Shown: positions 1 through 9,520 of the stretch, in pieces
Position numbering within the stretch: the first letter of the stretch is position 1
Layout: each line of letters starts with the position of its first letter
Source of the DNA: an uncultured Deinococcales bacterium
GTDB taxonomy: Bacteria > Deinococcota > Deinococci > Deinococcales > JAAFIG01
Direction of reading: 5' to 3'
Length of the DNA: 29,803 bases
Assembly: GCA_964244895.1 (NCBI GenBank)
Contig: CAXTKV010000018.1
Span: forward strand, 9,715-39,517
Position numbers and translations under genes: made by a program
Notes under the pieces: generated by a model
Told to the model about the DNA's origin: nothing
Database searches by the model: none
The model's input: only the letters and a program-made list of their open reading frames with translations

Positions 1-78
1 CACGCTCGAGTTCGATGCTCGCTCACGCTCGAGTTCGATGCTCGCTCACGCTCGAGTTCGATGCTCGCTCACGCTCGA
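1..78. repeat. 23-nt tandem repeat (CACGCTCGAGTTCGATGCTCGCT) x3.4, overlapping the efp stop; may continue left of the window
   Basis: Exact copies at 1-23, 24-46 and 47-69, plus a partial copy at 70-78. Confidence 0.9.
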
Positions 79-626
79 CCCAAATAATCGCCCGTGCGCG
101 TGTCCACCTTGACCTTCTCGCCCTGAGCCACGAACAACGGCACCGTGATGACCGCGCCCGTCTCGAGGGTAGCGGGCTTGCCGCTGCTGGAGACGGTATC
201 GCCCTTCAGACCGGGGTCGGTCTGGGTGATCTCGAGCACCAGGAAGTTCGGCAGGGTGATCTTGAGGGGCTTTTCCTTGTAGAACTGAACTTCGACTTCC
301 GTGTTCTCCTTCAAAAAGCGCGCCGCGTCCCCGGCCAGCACGGTCGGCAGGCTGGACTGGTCGTAGGTCTGCATGTCCATGAAGATGAAATCCTGGCCGT
401 CCTTGTAGAGGTACTGCATCGTGCGGCCCTCGACGAAGATGTCCTGGAGCTTTTCCGTGGCGCTGAACGACCGGTCCACGATCGAGCCCGTCTCGAGGTT
501 GCGGAATTTGGCCACGACCTTCGCGCCGCCGCGACCGATCTTCTGGTGCAGGTAATCGATGGTTTCCCACAGGCCGTTTTCCATCTCGACCTTGGTTCCG
601 CTTCGCAATTCCGTCACGCTGATCAT
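69..626 (-). CDS. efp: Elongation factor P (185 aa)
   Basis: MISVTELRSG...HQKIGRGGAKV...KPATLETGA..VPLFV..GEKVKVDTRTGDYLGRA; AGGAGG SD before the ATG at 626. Confidence 0.97.
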   Translation of the reverse strand: MISVTELRSGTKVEMENGLWETIDYLHQKIGRGGAKVVAKFRNLETGSIVDRSFSATEKLQDIFVEGRTMQYLYKDGQDFIFMDMQTYDQSSLPTVLAGDAARFLKENTEVEVQFYKEKPLKITLPNFLVLEITQTDPGLKGDTVSSSGKPATLETGAVITVPLFVAQGEKVKVDTRTGDYLGRA

Positions 627-723
627 CTTGTGTCCTCCTGCCGGACGCGAAACTCGGGATTCAGTCCCGAGCCGCGTCCGAACGCGCGTTCCCTGAGTCA
701 TTCGAGGGAACGAAACCCGGCGT

Positions 724-732
724 ATTGTAGCA
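724..732 (-). promoter_or_regulatory. Putative extended -10 element (TGcTACAAT) for efp
   Basis: Matches TGnTAnnnT about 100 nt upstream of the efp start. Confidence 0.5.
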
Positions 733-771
733 AGCCCGGACGGGCCGCGCACCGTCGCCCTTCAGATAATC

Positions 772-821
772 GGAACACCGTCCAGCACGCGAATACAAGA
801 ATGCGTGCTGGACGGTGTTCC
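772..821. repeat. Palindromic REP-like intergenic element, reference copy
   Basis: GGAACACCGTCCAGCACGC-12 nt-GCGTGCTGGACGGTGTTCC, a perfect 19-bp inverted repeat that recurs throughout the window. Confidence 0.9.
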
Positions 822-830
822 TGAAATCGC

Positions 831-2627
831 TCAGCGCGAGCCGTCCGGCTTGTACTTGGCGATGAATCCCTCGCGACCGCCCGCACCCGTCAGGCCGTCG
901 AAGGGTCTGCCCTCGGTGTAACCCGACATCACGACGCTCGCGCCGTTGTCCGCGACGGTCGCGGCGAAGCTGACATCGGTGCTGGCGGTTCCAATCTGTT
1001 TGATCCACTGGCGCGCGCCGTTGGCATCGAACTTCGTCAGGAACGCGTCCGTGCTGCCCGCGCCGGTGTTGTCGGGCAGGCTGCCGTCGGTCTGCCCGGA
1101 GACGTAAGCGTTGCCGTTCGCATCCACCGCGATTCCGCTGGCCACGTCATCCGCGCCCGAGCCGAATTGGGAAAGCCAGGTTCGCGCACCGCTGGCGGAG
1201 TATTTGGCGACGAACGCATCGCCGGGATCGCTGTTGGTGATGGTCAAACTCATGTCCATCTGTCCCGCCACGAAGATGTTGCCGCTGGCATCCACCGCGA
1301 TGGCTTTGATCTCGTCAGGGTTGCTCGAGCCGAATTGCTTGACCCAGTTCTGGGCTCCGCTCGGGGCGTACTGCGCGATAAACGCGTCTTTCAGGCCGCT
1401 CGAGCTGCCGGACAGCGCACCTTCGGTCGAACCGCCGATGTCCGCGTTGCCGCTCGCATCCACCGCGATGCCGTAAGCCGTGTCGTTGCCGATCGCGCCG
1501 AGTTGCTTCGTCCAGAGGCGCGCACCGCTGGATGGGTTGAGCCTGGTCACGAAGGCGTCCGCGTTGCCCGGATCGGGGTTGGTCGCGCCCGAGAAACTCG
1601 CGTCCGTATCGCCGACCACGAAAACGTTCCCGCCCGCGCCGATGGCCACGCCGAAGGCGTTCTCGTAGCCTCCCGTGCCGAACTGGCTGACCCATTGCCG
1701 CGCGCCGCTCGCGTTGTACTTCGCGATGAAGGCATCGTCGTTGCCCGCGCTCGAGGCGCTCGGTAGCGCCCCAGCGGTGGTTCCGACCACGTAGACGTTG
1801 CCGCTCGCATCGACGGCCACGCCGTAAGCCAGATCGTCCTTGCTCGAGCCGAGCTGTTTCAGCCAGACCTGCGAGCCGCCCGCATCGTATTTGGCCACGA
1901 ACGCATCGAAGCCGCCCGCGCCCGAAAAGCGGGTGGTGGTGAACCCGGCCACGTAAACGTTGTTGCTTTCGTCGGTGGCGCTGCTGGTAATCGCGTCATC
2001 GTCCTTGGTGCCGACCAGTCTCGAGCCCGCCCAGGGAACGACCTCGATGGTGACTGAACCCTGAAAGTTTGGATTGTTGACGCTGGTGGCGGTGATCGTG
2101 TACGTCCCGGTCTGACTGGACGTGAAGCTGGTGGCGTTGCCCGGCGTGGAGGGCGTGAAAGATGTCCCCGCGCTCGGGCTGACGCTCCAGGTCACGGTTC
2201 CACCGATGTCCTTGACGCTGGCGGTCAGGCTCGAAGGCTGGTTCGGGTTGATGGTGGTCGGGTCAGCATTCACCAGCACGTCCGGTACGATCACGGTCAC
2301 GATCAGGCTGGCGCGTTTGGTCGGGTCGGCCTGACTGCTGGCACTCAGGGTGTAGGCGTTGGCCGCTTTGGGCTTGAAGGTGGCTTTCGTGCCGCTCCAG
2401 ACCAGGGAACCGTCGTCCGGGCTGAGGCTCCAGCTGACCGCCGGGTTGAACGCGCCCGTTCCCGTAACGGTCGCGGTCAGGGTCGCGGACTGGTTGATCT
2501 GCATCGTTAAGAGCCCCGACGCGGCGGCTGGCACGCTCACGAGGCTCACGCCCGAGATGGTCGGCGCGGGCGTACAGGCCCACAACAACAGGCACAGGAA
2601 GCTCAGGGCGATCGGTGTTCGTTTCAT
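831..2627 (-). CDS. Lipoprotein with N-terminal Ig-like domains and C-terminal SBBP beta-propeller repeats
   Basis: Lipobox LWAC; about 7 repeats of (I/V)AVDASGN(V/A)YV.G.T....DAF(V/I)AKY..SG...W..Q.G. Confidence 0.85.
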   Translation of the reverse strand: MKRTPIALSFLCLLLWACTPAPTISGVSLVSVPAAASGLLTMQINQSATLTATVTGTGAFNPAVSWSLSPDDGSLVWSGTKATFKPKAANAYTLSASSQADPTKRASLIVTVIVPDVLVNADPTTINPNQPSSLTASVKDIGGTVTWSVSPSAGTSFTPSTPGNATSFTSSQTGTYTITATSVNNPNFQGSVTIEVVPWAGSRLVGTKDDDAITSSATDESNNVYVAGFTTTRFSGAGGFDAFVAKYDAGGSQVWLKQLGSSKDDLAYGVAVDASGNVYVVGTTAGALPSASSAGNDDAFIAKYNASGARQWVSQFGTGGYENAFGVAIGAGGNVFVVGDTDASFSGATNPDPGNADAFVTRLNPSSGARLWTKQLGAIGNDTAYGIAVDASGNADIGGSTEGALSGSSSGLKDAFIAQYAPSGAQNWVKQFGSSNPDEIKAIAVDASGNIFVAGQMDMSLTITNSDPGDAFVAKYSASGARTWLSQFGSGADDVASGIAVDANGNAYVSGQTDGSLPDNTGAGSTDAFLTKFDANGARQWIKQIGTASTDVSFAATVADNGASVVMSGYTEGRPFDGLTGAGGREGFIAKYKPDGSR

Positions 2628-2904
2628 CTGATGGCACCCTTAATCTCGAAGAGGATTTTGAGTCAGGCTCTGGTCAGGATGCTAGGCGCGCTCGATTAAT
2701 GAGGCATTTACGAGGGCTGCTGCCGATGTCCTGGACGGTGTTCTCGGTGCCTGGTTCTGAAAAACCTCGAGCCGGATTCGGGGCGTCGAAACTCGAGTCT
2801 GGCCCGAGCATCTGCCAACCCGAGAATCCGACGGGCCGCACACGTGCCGCTCAGGTGAGGAAAAACGGGTTGGGCGCGCGGGGGTTCTCGAGCCCGGTTT
2901 CGTC

Positions 2905-2913
2905 TGCTATACT
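2905..2913 (+). promoter_or_regulatory. Putative extended -10 element (TGcTATACT) for rpmF-fabH
   Basis: Near-consensus TGnTATAAT about 100 nt upstream of rpmF. Confidence 0.55.
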
Positions 2914-3013
2914 CCGCAGGCTGTCGCGGTTTCATTCCGAGATGACTCGGGCAAACCGCGCGAAAACGCAACCTGTGCGCCGGGCTTCCCGGCCCAAGCC
3001 CGGAGGAAAGACC

Positions 3014-3202
3014 ATGGCCAAGCATCCAGTCCCCAAAAAGAAGACCTCGAAAGCCAAGCGCGACATGCGCCGTTCGCACCACGCGCTGGTGCTGCCGAAC
3101 CTGACCAAGTGCAGCAATTGCGGCTCGCAGAAGCTGCAGCACCAGGTCTGCCCGACGTGCGGCTACTACGACGGTCGCCAAGTCCTGACGATCAACGCCT
3201 AA
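3014..3202 (+). CDS. rpmF: 50S ribosomal protein L32 (62 aa, Zn-ribbon form)
   Basis: [22 protein letters not shown]...CSNC...[15 protein letters not shown]. Confidence 0.97.
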   Translation: MAKHPVPKKKTSKAKRDMRRSHHALVLPNLTKCSNCGSQKLQHQVCPTCGYYDGRQVLTINA

Positions 3203-3206
3203 ATTT

Positions 3207-4214
3207 ATGGCCGCGCCGGTTTTTCCCGCCGCCGTGGGCCTCACCGCGCTCGGCACGTATGTCCCCAGCAAGGTCGTGACCAATCACGACCTTGTTTCCG
3301 ATTACGGCGTGGACACGAGCGACGAATGGATCGTCAGCCGCACCGGCATCCGCGAGCGCCACATCAGCGCCGACGACGAATTCGTGTCCAACATGGCCTT
3401 CAAGGCCGTCCAGAACCTGATTGATCGCCACGGCAAAAGCGTGCTGGACGGCGTGGACATGGTGATCGTGGCCACCAACACGCCGGACGCCCTTTTCCCA
3501 TCGACCGCCGCGCTGGTGCAATCCGAATTCGGGCTTTCAGCGGGCGGTTTCGACCTGCTGGCCGCCTGTCCCGGCTGGGTTTACGCCCTCTCGAGCGCGT
3601 ACAGCTACGTCAAGGCGGGCGTCTGCAAGAAAGTGCTGACCATCGGCTCGGAGACGCTTTCCAAGATCGTGGACTGGAACGACCGCACCACCTGCGTGCT
3701 GTTCGGTGACGCCGCCAGCGCGGGCATCGTCGAGGCCGTGCCGGACGGGTACGGCTTCAAATCCTTCGTGCTGGGCGCGGACGGCTCGGGCGGCAAGTAC
3801 CTGTTCTTCAAGGGCTGCGCCCCGAAACTGCCCGACGGCACCAGCCTCGAGACCAGAGGGCTGTTCCAGAACGGACGCGAGGTCTACAAGTTCGCCACGC
3901 GCGTCATGGAAACCGCCAGCATCGAGGCGCTGGAAAAAGCCGGAATGTCCCCGGACGACATCACGCTCTTCATTCCCCATCAGGCCAACCAACGCATCGT
4001 GGACGCCGGACGCGACCGCCTGGGCCTGCCCGAATCGCGCGTCATGTCCAACCTGGCGCGCTACGGCAACACCTCCACCGCCAGCATCGGTTTGGCGCTG
4101 CGCGAGGCGGCGGACACGCACCGCATCAAGGACGGCGATGATTTGCTGCTGGTCGCGTTCGGCGGCGGCCTGACCTGGGCCTCGAGCGTGATGCGCTGGT
4201 ACGACAAGAAATAA
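3207..4214 (+). CDS. fabH: 3-oxoacyl-ACP synthase III
   Basis: [15 protein letters not shown], catalytic AAC, HQAN and GNTS motifs, FGGGLTW. Confidence 0.95.
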   Translation: MAAPVFPAAVGLTALGTYVPSKVVTNHDLVSDYGVDTSDEWIVSRTGIRERHISADDEFVSNMAFKAVQNLIDRHGKSVLDGVDMVIVATNTPDALFPSTAALVQSEFGLSAGGFDLLAACPGWVYALSSAYSYVKAGVCKKVLTIGSETLSKIVDWNDRTTCVLFGDAASAGIVEAVPDGYGFKSFVLGADGSGGKYLFFKGCAPKLPDGTSLETRGLFQNGREVYKFATRVMETASIEALEKAGMSPDDITLFIPHQANQRIVDAGRDRLGLPESRVMSNLARYGNTSTASIGLALREAADTHRIKDGDDLLLVAFGGGLTWASSVMRWYDKK

Positions 4215-4237
4215 CGCGATTCACGCGTCGTTCTGCG

Positions 4238-4269
4238 ATCCGGTCGTCAGACGACCGGATTTCTTGTTT
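4238..4269 (+). terminator. Putative intrinsic terminator after fabH
   Basis: ATCCGGTCGT-CAG-ACGACCGGAT stem followed by TTCTTGTTT. Confidence 0.65.
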
Positions 4270-4313
4270 CAGGCGCGGTACTCGCGTCACTCGAGCGGGG
4301 ACGCGAACTCCAG

Positions 4314-4371
4314 GAAGACCGTCCCAGACGATGATCTCGTCACCCGAGAAATCGCGTGCTGGACGGTCTTC
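4314..4371. repeat. REP-like element copy with a compensatory change (AGACC/GGTCT)
   Basis: GAAGACCGTCC...CGTGCTGGACGGTCTTC. Confidence 0.75.
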
Positions 4372-4525
4372 TCTGGCTTGTCATTGGATTCCCGATCATT
4401 TCTCGCAGACGTGCTCTCACCGACTGAACCGCGCGCAACGCAGTGATAGAATCCGCGCACGAAAACCAGCGCCCAGCGCGTTCCGCTACCCAAGCGAAAC
4501 CCCTACCGGGCCGAAGGAGACGCGC

Positions 4526-5671
4526 GTGACCGAAGTGGCACAACCCATCATCTACAAGGGTCTCGAGGACGTGCTGTTCACCGAGACCAAACTGACCTTC
4601 ATCGACGGCGACAAAGGCATCCTGAAGCACCTCGGGATTCCGATTCAGGAACTGGCCGAAAAAAGTACCTTCGAGGAAGTCAGCTTCGCGCTTCTCAACG
4701 CCCGACTGCCCAAACGCGATGAACTCGACGCCTTCGACGCCGCCCTGAAAGCCCGCCGCGCCGTGCCAGAGGCGCTCCTGGACGCGATCAAGCGTTATCC
4801 GAAGGGCGCGCACCCGATGCAAATCCTGCGCACCGCCGTCTCAGAGTTGGGACTCCACGACGACCACGGCGAGGACACCAGTGAAGCCCACAAACTCGAG
4901 ATCGCGCACCAGTTGATCGCTCGATTTTCTACCGTGATCGCCGCAATTTACCGCGTCGGGCAGGGCAAAGAACCCGTCGCGCCCCGCGACGACCTGACGC
5001 ACGCCGCGAACTTCTTGTACATGATGCACGGCGAGGAACCCAGCGCCGAACAAGCCCGATTGTTCGACATCGCCCTGATCCTGCACGCCGACCACGGCAT
5101 GAACGCCAGCACCTTCACCGCGATTGCCACCGCCAGCACGCTGTCTGACATGTACAGCGCCATGACCGCCGCCATCGGCGCGCTCAAAGGCCCATTGCAC
5201 GGCGGCGCGAACGAAGCCGTCATGACCATGCTCGACGAGATCGGCACGCCCGACAAAGCTGCGCAATTCATCACCGATAAACTGGATCGCAAGGAAAAAA
5301 TCATGGGCGTCGGCCACCGCGTCTACAAATACTTCGACCCCCGATCCCGCGTGCTGAAAGAATACGCGCATCACGTCGCCGACCTGCACGGCAAATCCCA
5401 CTACTTCCAGATCCTCGAGATTGTGGAAAAAACGGTGATCGACCGGTTGTCCGCCAAGGGCATCTACCCGAACGTGGATTTCTACAGCGGCGTCGTGTAC
5501 AGCGACCTGGGCATTCCCAAATCGTTCTTCACCCCGATTTTTGCTCTGGCCCGCATTTCCGGCTGGATGGCCAGCGTTCTGGAGTACACGCGCAACAACA
5601 GGATTCTGCGCCCCGACGCGTTGTACACGGGTGCGACGGACGCGCATTGGATTCCGGTAGAGGAACGATAA
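4526..5671 (+). CDS. gltA: Citrate synthase (short citrate/2-methylcitrate synthase type, 381 aa)
   Basis: [31 protein letters not shown] and YPNVDFYSG motifs; AAGGAG SD before GTG 4526; a prpC assignment cannot be excluded. Confidence 0.9.
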   Translation: MTEVAQPIIYKGLEDVLFTETKLTFIDGDKGILKHLGIPIQELAEKSTFEEVSFALLNARLPKRDELDAFDAALKARRAVPEALLDAIKRYPKGAHPMQILRTAVSELGLHDDHGEDTSEAHKLEIAHQLIARFSTVIAAIYRVGQGKEPVAPRDDLTHAANFLYMMHGEEPSAEQARLFDIALILHADHGMNASTFTAIATASTLSDMYSAMTAAIGALKGPLHGGANEAVMTMLDEIGTPDKAAQFITDKLDRKEKIMGVGHRVYKYFDPRSRVLKEYAHHVADLHGKSHYFQILEIVEKTVIDRLSAKGIYPNVDFYSGVVYSDLGIPKSFFTPIFALARISGWMASVLEYTRNNRILRPDALYTGATDAHWIPVEER

Positions 5672-5703
5672 TTTGCGACAGACATTTTTGAAGGAGCTAA
5701 ATT

Positions 5704-6246
5704 ATGACGGTTGTGAACCTTCGATCATTTCTCCAGTCGAATCTTGATGTTTTATTTGTCGGGCTCAACCCACCAGAACAGTCAAACGCTAATGGTCACT
5801 ACTTCTCAGGTAAAGGGTCAAGATTTTTTGACCTTTTGCAAAAAAGCGGACTAATCACAAAAGCAGTATCTAAGGCAAATGCTGATGAGATTGTCTTCGG
5901 TTCAACATCCGTGAATTATAAAAACAAAAGCTTTGGTGTAATTGACCTCGCTGATAATACCGTTCAAACTTATAGTGGGAAGGTAGAGCCAAATAAAAAA
6001 CACGTCGATGCGCTTTTGCAGCAAATACTAGAACTCGAGCCTCGCTTTACTTGCATCATTCACTATAAGGTTCGAAACGCAATAAAGAAGCACGTCCGCC
6101 TTTCGAGTCCTCTCACCTACGGGATTTGCGGAACGGTACTGCCAGACAGCGTATCTTCAGTCGTTATGAATTATTTCCCAAATGGAAACAACATTCCAGA
6201 TGAAACAAAATTACAGATATTCCGAGATCTTCGAAATGCGTTGTAA
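5704..6246 (+). CDS. Uracil-DNA glycosylase superfamily protein (MUG/TDG-like), AT-rich
   Basis: VLFVGLNP...GHYFS....RFFDLL..SGL resembles the MUG GINPG motif region; AAGGAG SD. Confidence 0.7.
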   Translation: MTVVNLRSFLQSNLDVLFVGLNPPEQSNANGHYFSGKGSRFFDLLQKSGLITKAVSKANADEIVFGSTSVNYKNKSFGVIDLADNTVQTYSGKVEPNKKHVDALLQQILELEPRFTCIIHYKVRNAIKKHVRLSSPLTYGICGTVLPDSVSSVVMNYFPNGNNIPDETKLQIFRDLRNAL

Positions 6247-6275
6247 TCCCGAGAGTTAAAGTACGCCATCCCACC

Positions 6276-6653
6276 ATGCCCATCGATCCCGATCTTTATT
6301 CAACACCCGTCGCAGAGCATCAATTTGGTTGCTCGAGATGTGACACATCGGCTGGTGTCATCCAGCTTTTCGGCCCGTAGGATCGCGCAAAGATTGTCCG
6401 CACCAGTTTCATGAGCACCCTCACGACCTGGGTTGATGCGGCAGCATTCGATGATCTTCGCCGCGCCATCGTCGCGGGGGATATCAACGCGATCTATGGG
6501 CACGATCTCGAGTTCGCGTCGTTCTACTGCCCGCAATGCGATGCGTGTTTTTGCGGGTCGCACTGGCGGCACTGGGAAGTTTTCGATGATGGTTTCCACG
6601 ATTGCATTCGCGGCGTCTGCCCGGAGGGTCACGAACGAATGCTCGAGGATTGA
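6276..6653 (+). pseudogene. Cys/His-rich putative Zn-binding protein interrupted by an in-frame TAG at 6378-6380
   Basis: MPIDPDLYSTPVAEHQFGCSRCDTSAGVIQLFGP*DRAKIVRTSF continues in frame into ORF 6411-6653 (CPQC..CFC..H, CPEGH). Confidence 0.55.
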
Positions 6654-6738
6654 TCCAAAGAATACCGTCTTGCACGTAGTCTTGGCGTCTGACACTCTCG
6701 AGACCTATAATTTCAAGCCAGCCGATTACAGGAGATCA

Positions 6739-7107
6739 ATGTTTCGTGTTCTTATTGCGGTTCTGGCAGTCGTTGTATCCGCATTTTCAGTGAACGCACA
6801 AGCAAGTTCTCCGGTATCGTGCCGGGTTGTGCGTGGGCAATTGTTCTTGACGAACGGCACGCCGTCCGTGCGGATCGCGGTCACCGGGACGCGACGAATT
6901 CTGGGCGTGATCCAACAGGATCAAACGATAAACCAACTGCCTGTGTCGCCCGCTCTTTTAAAGCGTTTACTGAACCAAAAGCCCAACGAAGATTTGGCCA
7001 TCTACGGTGATTTCAACGTCTGTGCGATCACCAAAAGCGTTCCGGGTGTGATGCAGATGGTCAGGGTGAAAAGCGCTTCTGGTCTCGTCGTCAAGCCGCG
7101 CACCTGA
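6739..7107 (+). CDS. Secreted hypothetical protein (122 aa)
   Basis: AGGAG SD; signal peptide MFRVLIAVLAVVVSAFSVNAQA. Confidence 0.7.
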   Translation: MFRVLIAVLAVVVSAFSVNAQASSPVSCRVVRGQLFLTNGTPSVRIAVTGTRRILGVIQQDQTINQLPVSPALLKRLLNQKPNEDLAIYGDFNVCAITKSVPGVMQMVRVKSASGLVVKPRT

Positions 7108-7147
7108 CGCGTCGGGATGATGTTTGGCTGTCCTGCGAGTCTCGAAC

Positions 7148-7193
7148 AACACCGTTCTGCACGTCATCTCGAGACTGCGTGCTGGACGGTGTT
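7148..7193. repeat. REP-like element copy between convergent genes
   Basis: AACACCGTTCTGCACG...CGTGCTGGACGGTGTT. Confidence 0.8.
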
Positions 7194-7199
7194 CTTCAA

Positions 7200-8042
7200 T
7201 CACTGACCGAACGAAACCCATTTGATGATTCGCCCCAATGTGCGGCTCTGGTACGCGATCCGGAGCCATTGCTGACCGTCCACGTCGCGCAGCTCGAGAA
7301 TGCGAACGGCGTCGTTGCGGACGATGTACCGGCTGGTTTTCGCATCCTCTTGCGGGGCGTCGTGCAGGTACGCGCGGTTCACGGGAACGTAGCGCAACGG
7401 CGCGGTCTCGAGCCGGGGGTCATCGCTGATGCTGGAACGCAAAGGCTCGCCGTTCGGGTTGAAGACGCTGACGTTGTACACCAGGTACTGGTCGGTGTTG
7501 AAGCCGTCCAGGATGACCATTTCGGCGCTGCGGTAGATGTAGGGTTTGCCGTTCAGGAAGCGGTAATCGGTGAAATCGTACTTCGGACCGCTCTTGCAGT
7601 CGGTTTCGATGGTGCGCGTGGCGGCGCGCAGTTCCGGGTTGCAGAGTTCGGAACCGCCGGGGAAATCGAGCGCCACGAATCTGTCGCTTCGGGGCTGGAA
7701 GGTGTACAGGACGTAAAAGTAGTTCACGCCGCCGTAGCCGATGCCGTCCGGCACGGCGATGTCCGCGTAACCGTCGAAGTTGAAATCGTCCACCAGCACG
7801 TTGCCGCGTTGGGTGTCGTCCATCGTAGTCAACTCGAGGAATTGCGTCCGGTTGCGCACGCGCACTTCGAGTTGTTTCGCGTCCGGCGCGAGGTGCAGGT
7901 AAATCGTTTCTCGTCCGTTGGCGGTCAGTGGCGCGTTGGCGGCGAAGGGTTTCTCGAGGCCGAAGGCTCGCGGTGACGGTGCGGCCAGCGTCAAGCCGAG
8001 CGTTGCGATACCGAGCGCGATCCAGACGGTTTTGCGGTTCAT
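7200..8042 (-). CDS. Secreted protein, XAC2610-like, with a C-terminal SH3b-like domain
   Basis: Signal peptide; DDFNFDGYADI Ca-binding-type motif; C-terminal AYLHDAP...YIVRNDAVRIL...WLRIAY. Confidence 0.55.
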   Translation of the reverse strand: MNRKTVWIALGIATLGLTLAAPSPRAFGLEKPFAANAPLTANGRETIYLHLAPDAKQLEVRVRNRTQFLELTTMDDTQRGNVLVDDFNFDGYADIAVPDGIGYGGVNYFYVLYTFQPRSDRFVALDFPGGSELCNPELRAATRTIETDCKSGPKYDFTDYRFLNGKPYIYRSAEMVILDGFNTDQYLVYNVSVFNPNGEPLRSSISDDPRLETAPLRYVPVNRAYLHDAPQEDAKTSRYIVRNDAVRILELRDVDGQQWLRIAYQSRTLGRIIKWVSFGQ

Positions 8043-8095
8043 GCCCAGAGTCTAGCGCCGACGCGATGAGCCGACGCTCAGGTGAAGACTCGAGA

Positions 8096-8141
8096 AGCAC
8101 CGTCCAGCACGTATCCTCGAGAATGCGTGCGAGACGGTGTT
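8096..8141. repeat. REP-like element copy
   Basis: AGCACCGTCCAGCACG...CGTGCGAGACGGTGTT. Confidence 0.8.
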
Positions 8142-8155
8142 CTTTGCCTTGAAGT

Positions 8156-8235
8156 CCTCACCTATGAAAATAGGTGAGGTGTCGTCCGCCCGGTTTTGGC
8201 GGATGACGGAGGGGTCGCCGCGCAACCCCTCCGTC
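8156..8235 (-). terminator. Hairpin cluster downstream of the lipoprotein gene (possible terminator or RNA stabiliser)
   Basis: CCTCACCTAT-GAAA-ATAGGTGAGG (8156-8179) and GACGGAGGGGT...ACCCCTCCGTC (8205-8235); no clear U-tract. Confidence 0.4.
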
Positions 8236-8250
8236 TCGCGGGCTTCAGCT

Positions 8251-9180
8251 TCAGTACAGGATGTCGCCGTTGTACTTCGCCGTCCACGCATCGCAGCCGG
8301 TGGCGGTCAACTCGAAGACGTTGTTCTTGCTGCCGCCGATGTTGGATTGATCCTGCGATTGAATCGTGCCGCGATCCACGGCGCGCGGGCAGGAACCCCC
8401 GAAGTGCAGGTCGGTGGATGACAGCGTGAAGCTCGAGAGGCGCTTGTTGGCGTCGGTGTACGCGACTTGTCCATCGAAGTTGATGGTGCCCGCGTCGAAT
8501 CGCTGGGCGTTGCCGTCGTTGTCTGGGGCGTATTTGGCGCTCAGGGTGTAGCTGAATTCGTTTCTGGTGGTGTCGGGTTGGAAGGTCACGCGTTGGTCGG
8601 TGGTGATGTTGTAGCCGTTCACGCCGATGGTCGCGGCGGCGTTCCATTTGGCGATGAAGCTGAAGCTCGAGACTTCGTTCGTGTTGGTGTTGGTGAAGAT
8701 GAATTCGTATTTGATCTCGCCGTTGGTGGTGTAGCCGCTGGTGGCGTCGTTGTCGTTGGCGTCTGCGGAACTGACGGCGCCGTTGGCTTTGAAGGTAAAG
8801 CCCGCGCCGACGGTGACGGTGCAGGCGTAGGTGTAGCTGAAATTGGCGGGAACCTTGTCGCCGTCGGCGTCGGTGGGTGTCGTGCTGGGGCCGCAGTTGC
8901 CGGTGGTGGCTTGCGGACTGATGCGGGCGGATTGCTGGGCGCGGCCAGCCAGCGGCGAGTCGAACAGGGCGGCCACGCTCGGGCCAGCCTGGAGGCCGCT
9001 GGTGACGACGTTCGAGCCGCCCTGACGGATGCTGTTGGCCAGGCCGTTCATGGCGAGCGGCGCGATGGTTTTGAGGTTCTTGGCGTCTTCGCGGCTCATG
9101 GTGCTGGTGGTCGGCGTGGTGTTGCACGCGGCCAGAACGAGCGCGAGCAGGGCTGCTGGAAGGATCGTGTTTGCGTTCAT
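8251..9180 (-). CDS. Hypothetical lipoprotein (309 aa)
   Basis: GGAGG SD; MNANTILPAALLALVLAAC lipobox; Thr/Asn-rich beta-type sequence with several Cys. Confidence 0.8.
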   Translation of the reverse strand: MNANTILPAALLALVLAACNTTPTTSTMSREDAKNLKTIAPLAMNGLANSIRQGGSNVVTSGLQAGPSVAALFDSPLAGRAQQSARISPQATTGNCGPSTTPTDADGDKVPANFSYTYACTVTVGAGFTFKANGAVSSADANDNDATSGYTTNGEIKYEFIFTNTNTNEVSSFSFIAKWNAAATIGVNGYNITTDQRVTFQPDTTRNEFSYTLSAKYAPDNDGNAQRFDAGTINFDGQVAYTDANKRLSSFTLSSTDLHFGGSCPRAVDRGTIQSQDQSNIGGSKNNVFELTATGCDAWTAKYNGDILY

Positions 9181-9297
9181 TTGGGTTCCTCCGTGGGCGT
9201 CTGTGACGGTTTTTTCGGGGACGCTCGGGGTGAGTATGGGTGCGGGTCTGGTCGAATGGACACGCGGTTTCTCGACCTGAAAAAGTTCACGGAGACC

Positions 9298-9343
9298 AAC
9301 ACCGTCCGGCACGCATGCCGCGAATTGTGTGCTGGTCGGTGTT
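9298..9343. repeat. REP-like element copy
   Basis: AACACCGTCCGGCACG...TGTGCTGGTCGGTGTT. Confidence 0.75.
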
Positions 9344-9520
9344 CTCGCGCGTGATCCTGGAATCTCGAGCGTGTCGGTGCGGCTCGAGGCTCAACGAAAG
9401 CTCAAGGTCTTTCTCATGAGCGCGGGCCGATGAAAATCTGGGTTTCGAGCATTCGCACCATCGTGCTGGATGGTGGCGTTTCGCGGTCGAGGTCGGGTTG
9501 GAACGAATAAGCTAAATCGC

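Noticed and set aside
1..78. CRISPR repeat
   Set aside because: The copies are directly adjacent with no spacers.
15..824. Long antisense and alternate-frame ORFs (e.g. 15-824, 7179-7976, 8162-9127, 11733-12740, 14863-15822, 18239-19252)
   Set aside because: They are shadows of real genes in GC-rich DNA with no recognisable motifs; recurring NTVQHA/RAGRCS strings are just the translated REP-like repeat.
4331..4525. N-terminal extensions in the ORF track (citrate synthase, efp, rpmF, ABC-F, CIA30, hisIE, YbhB)
   Set aside because: They run through repeats or neighbouring genes; SD or leaderless signals and family N-termini support the downstream starts.
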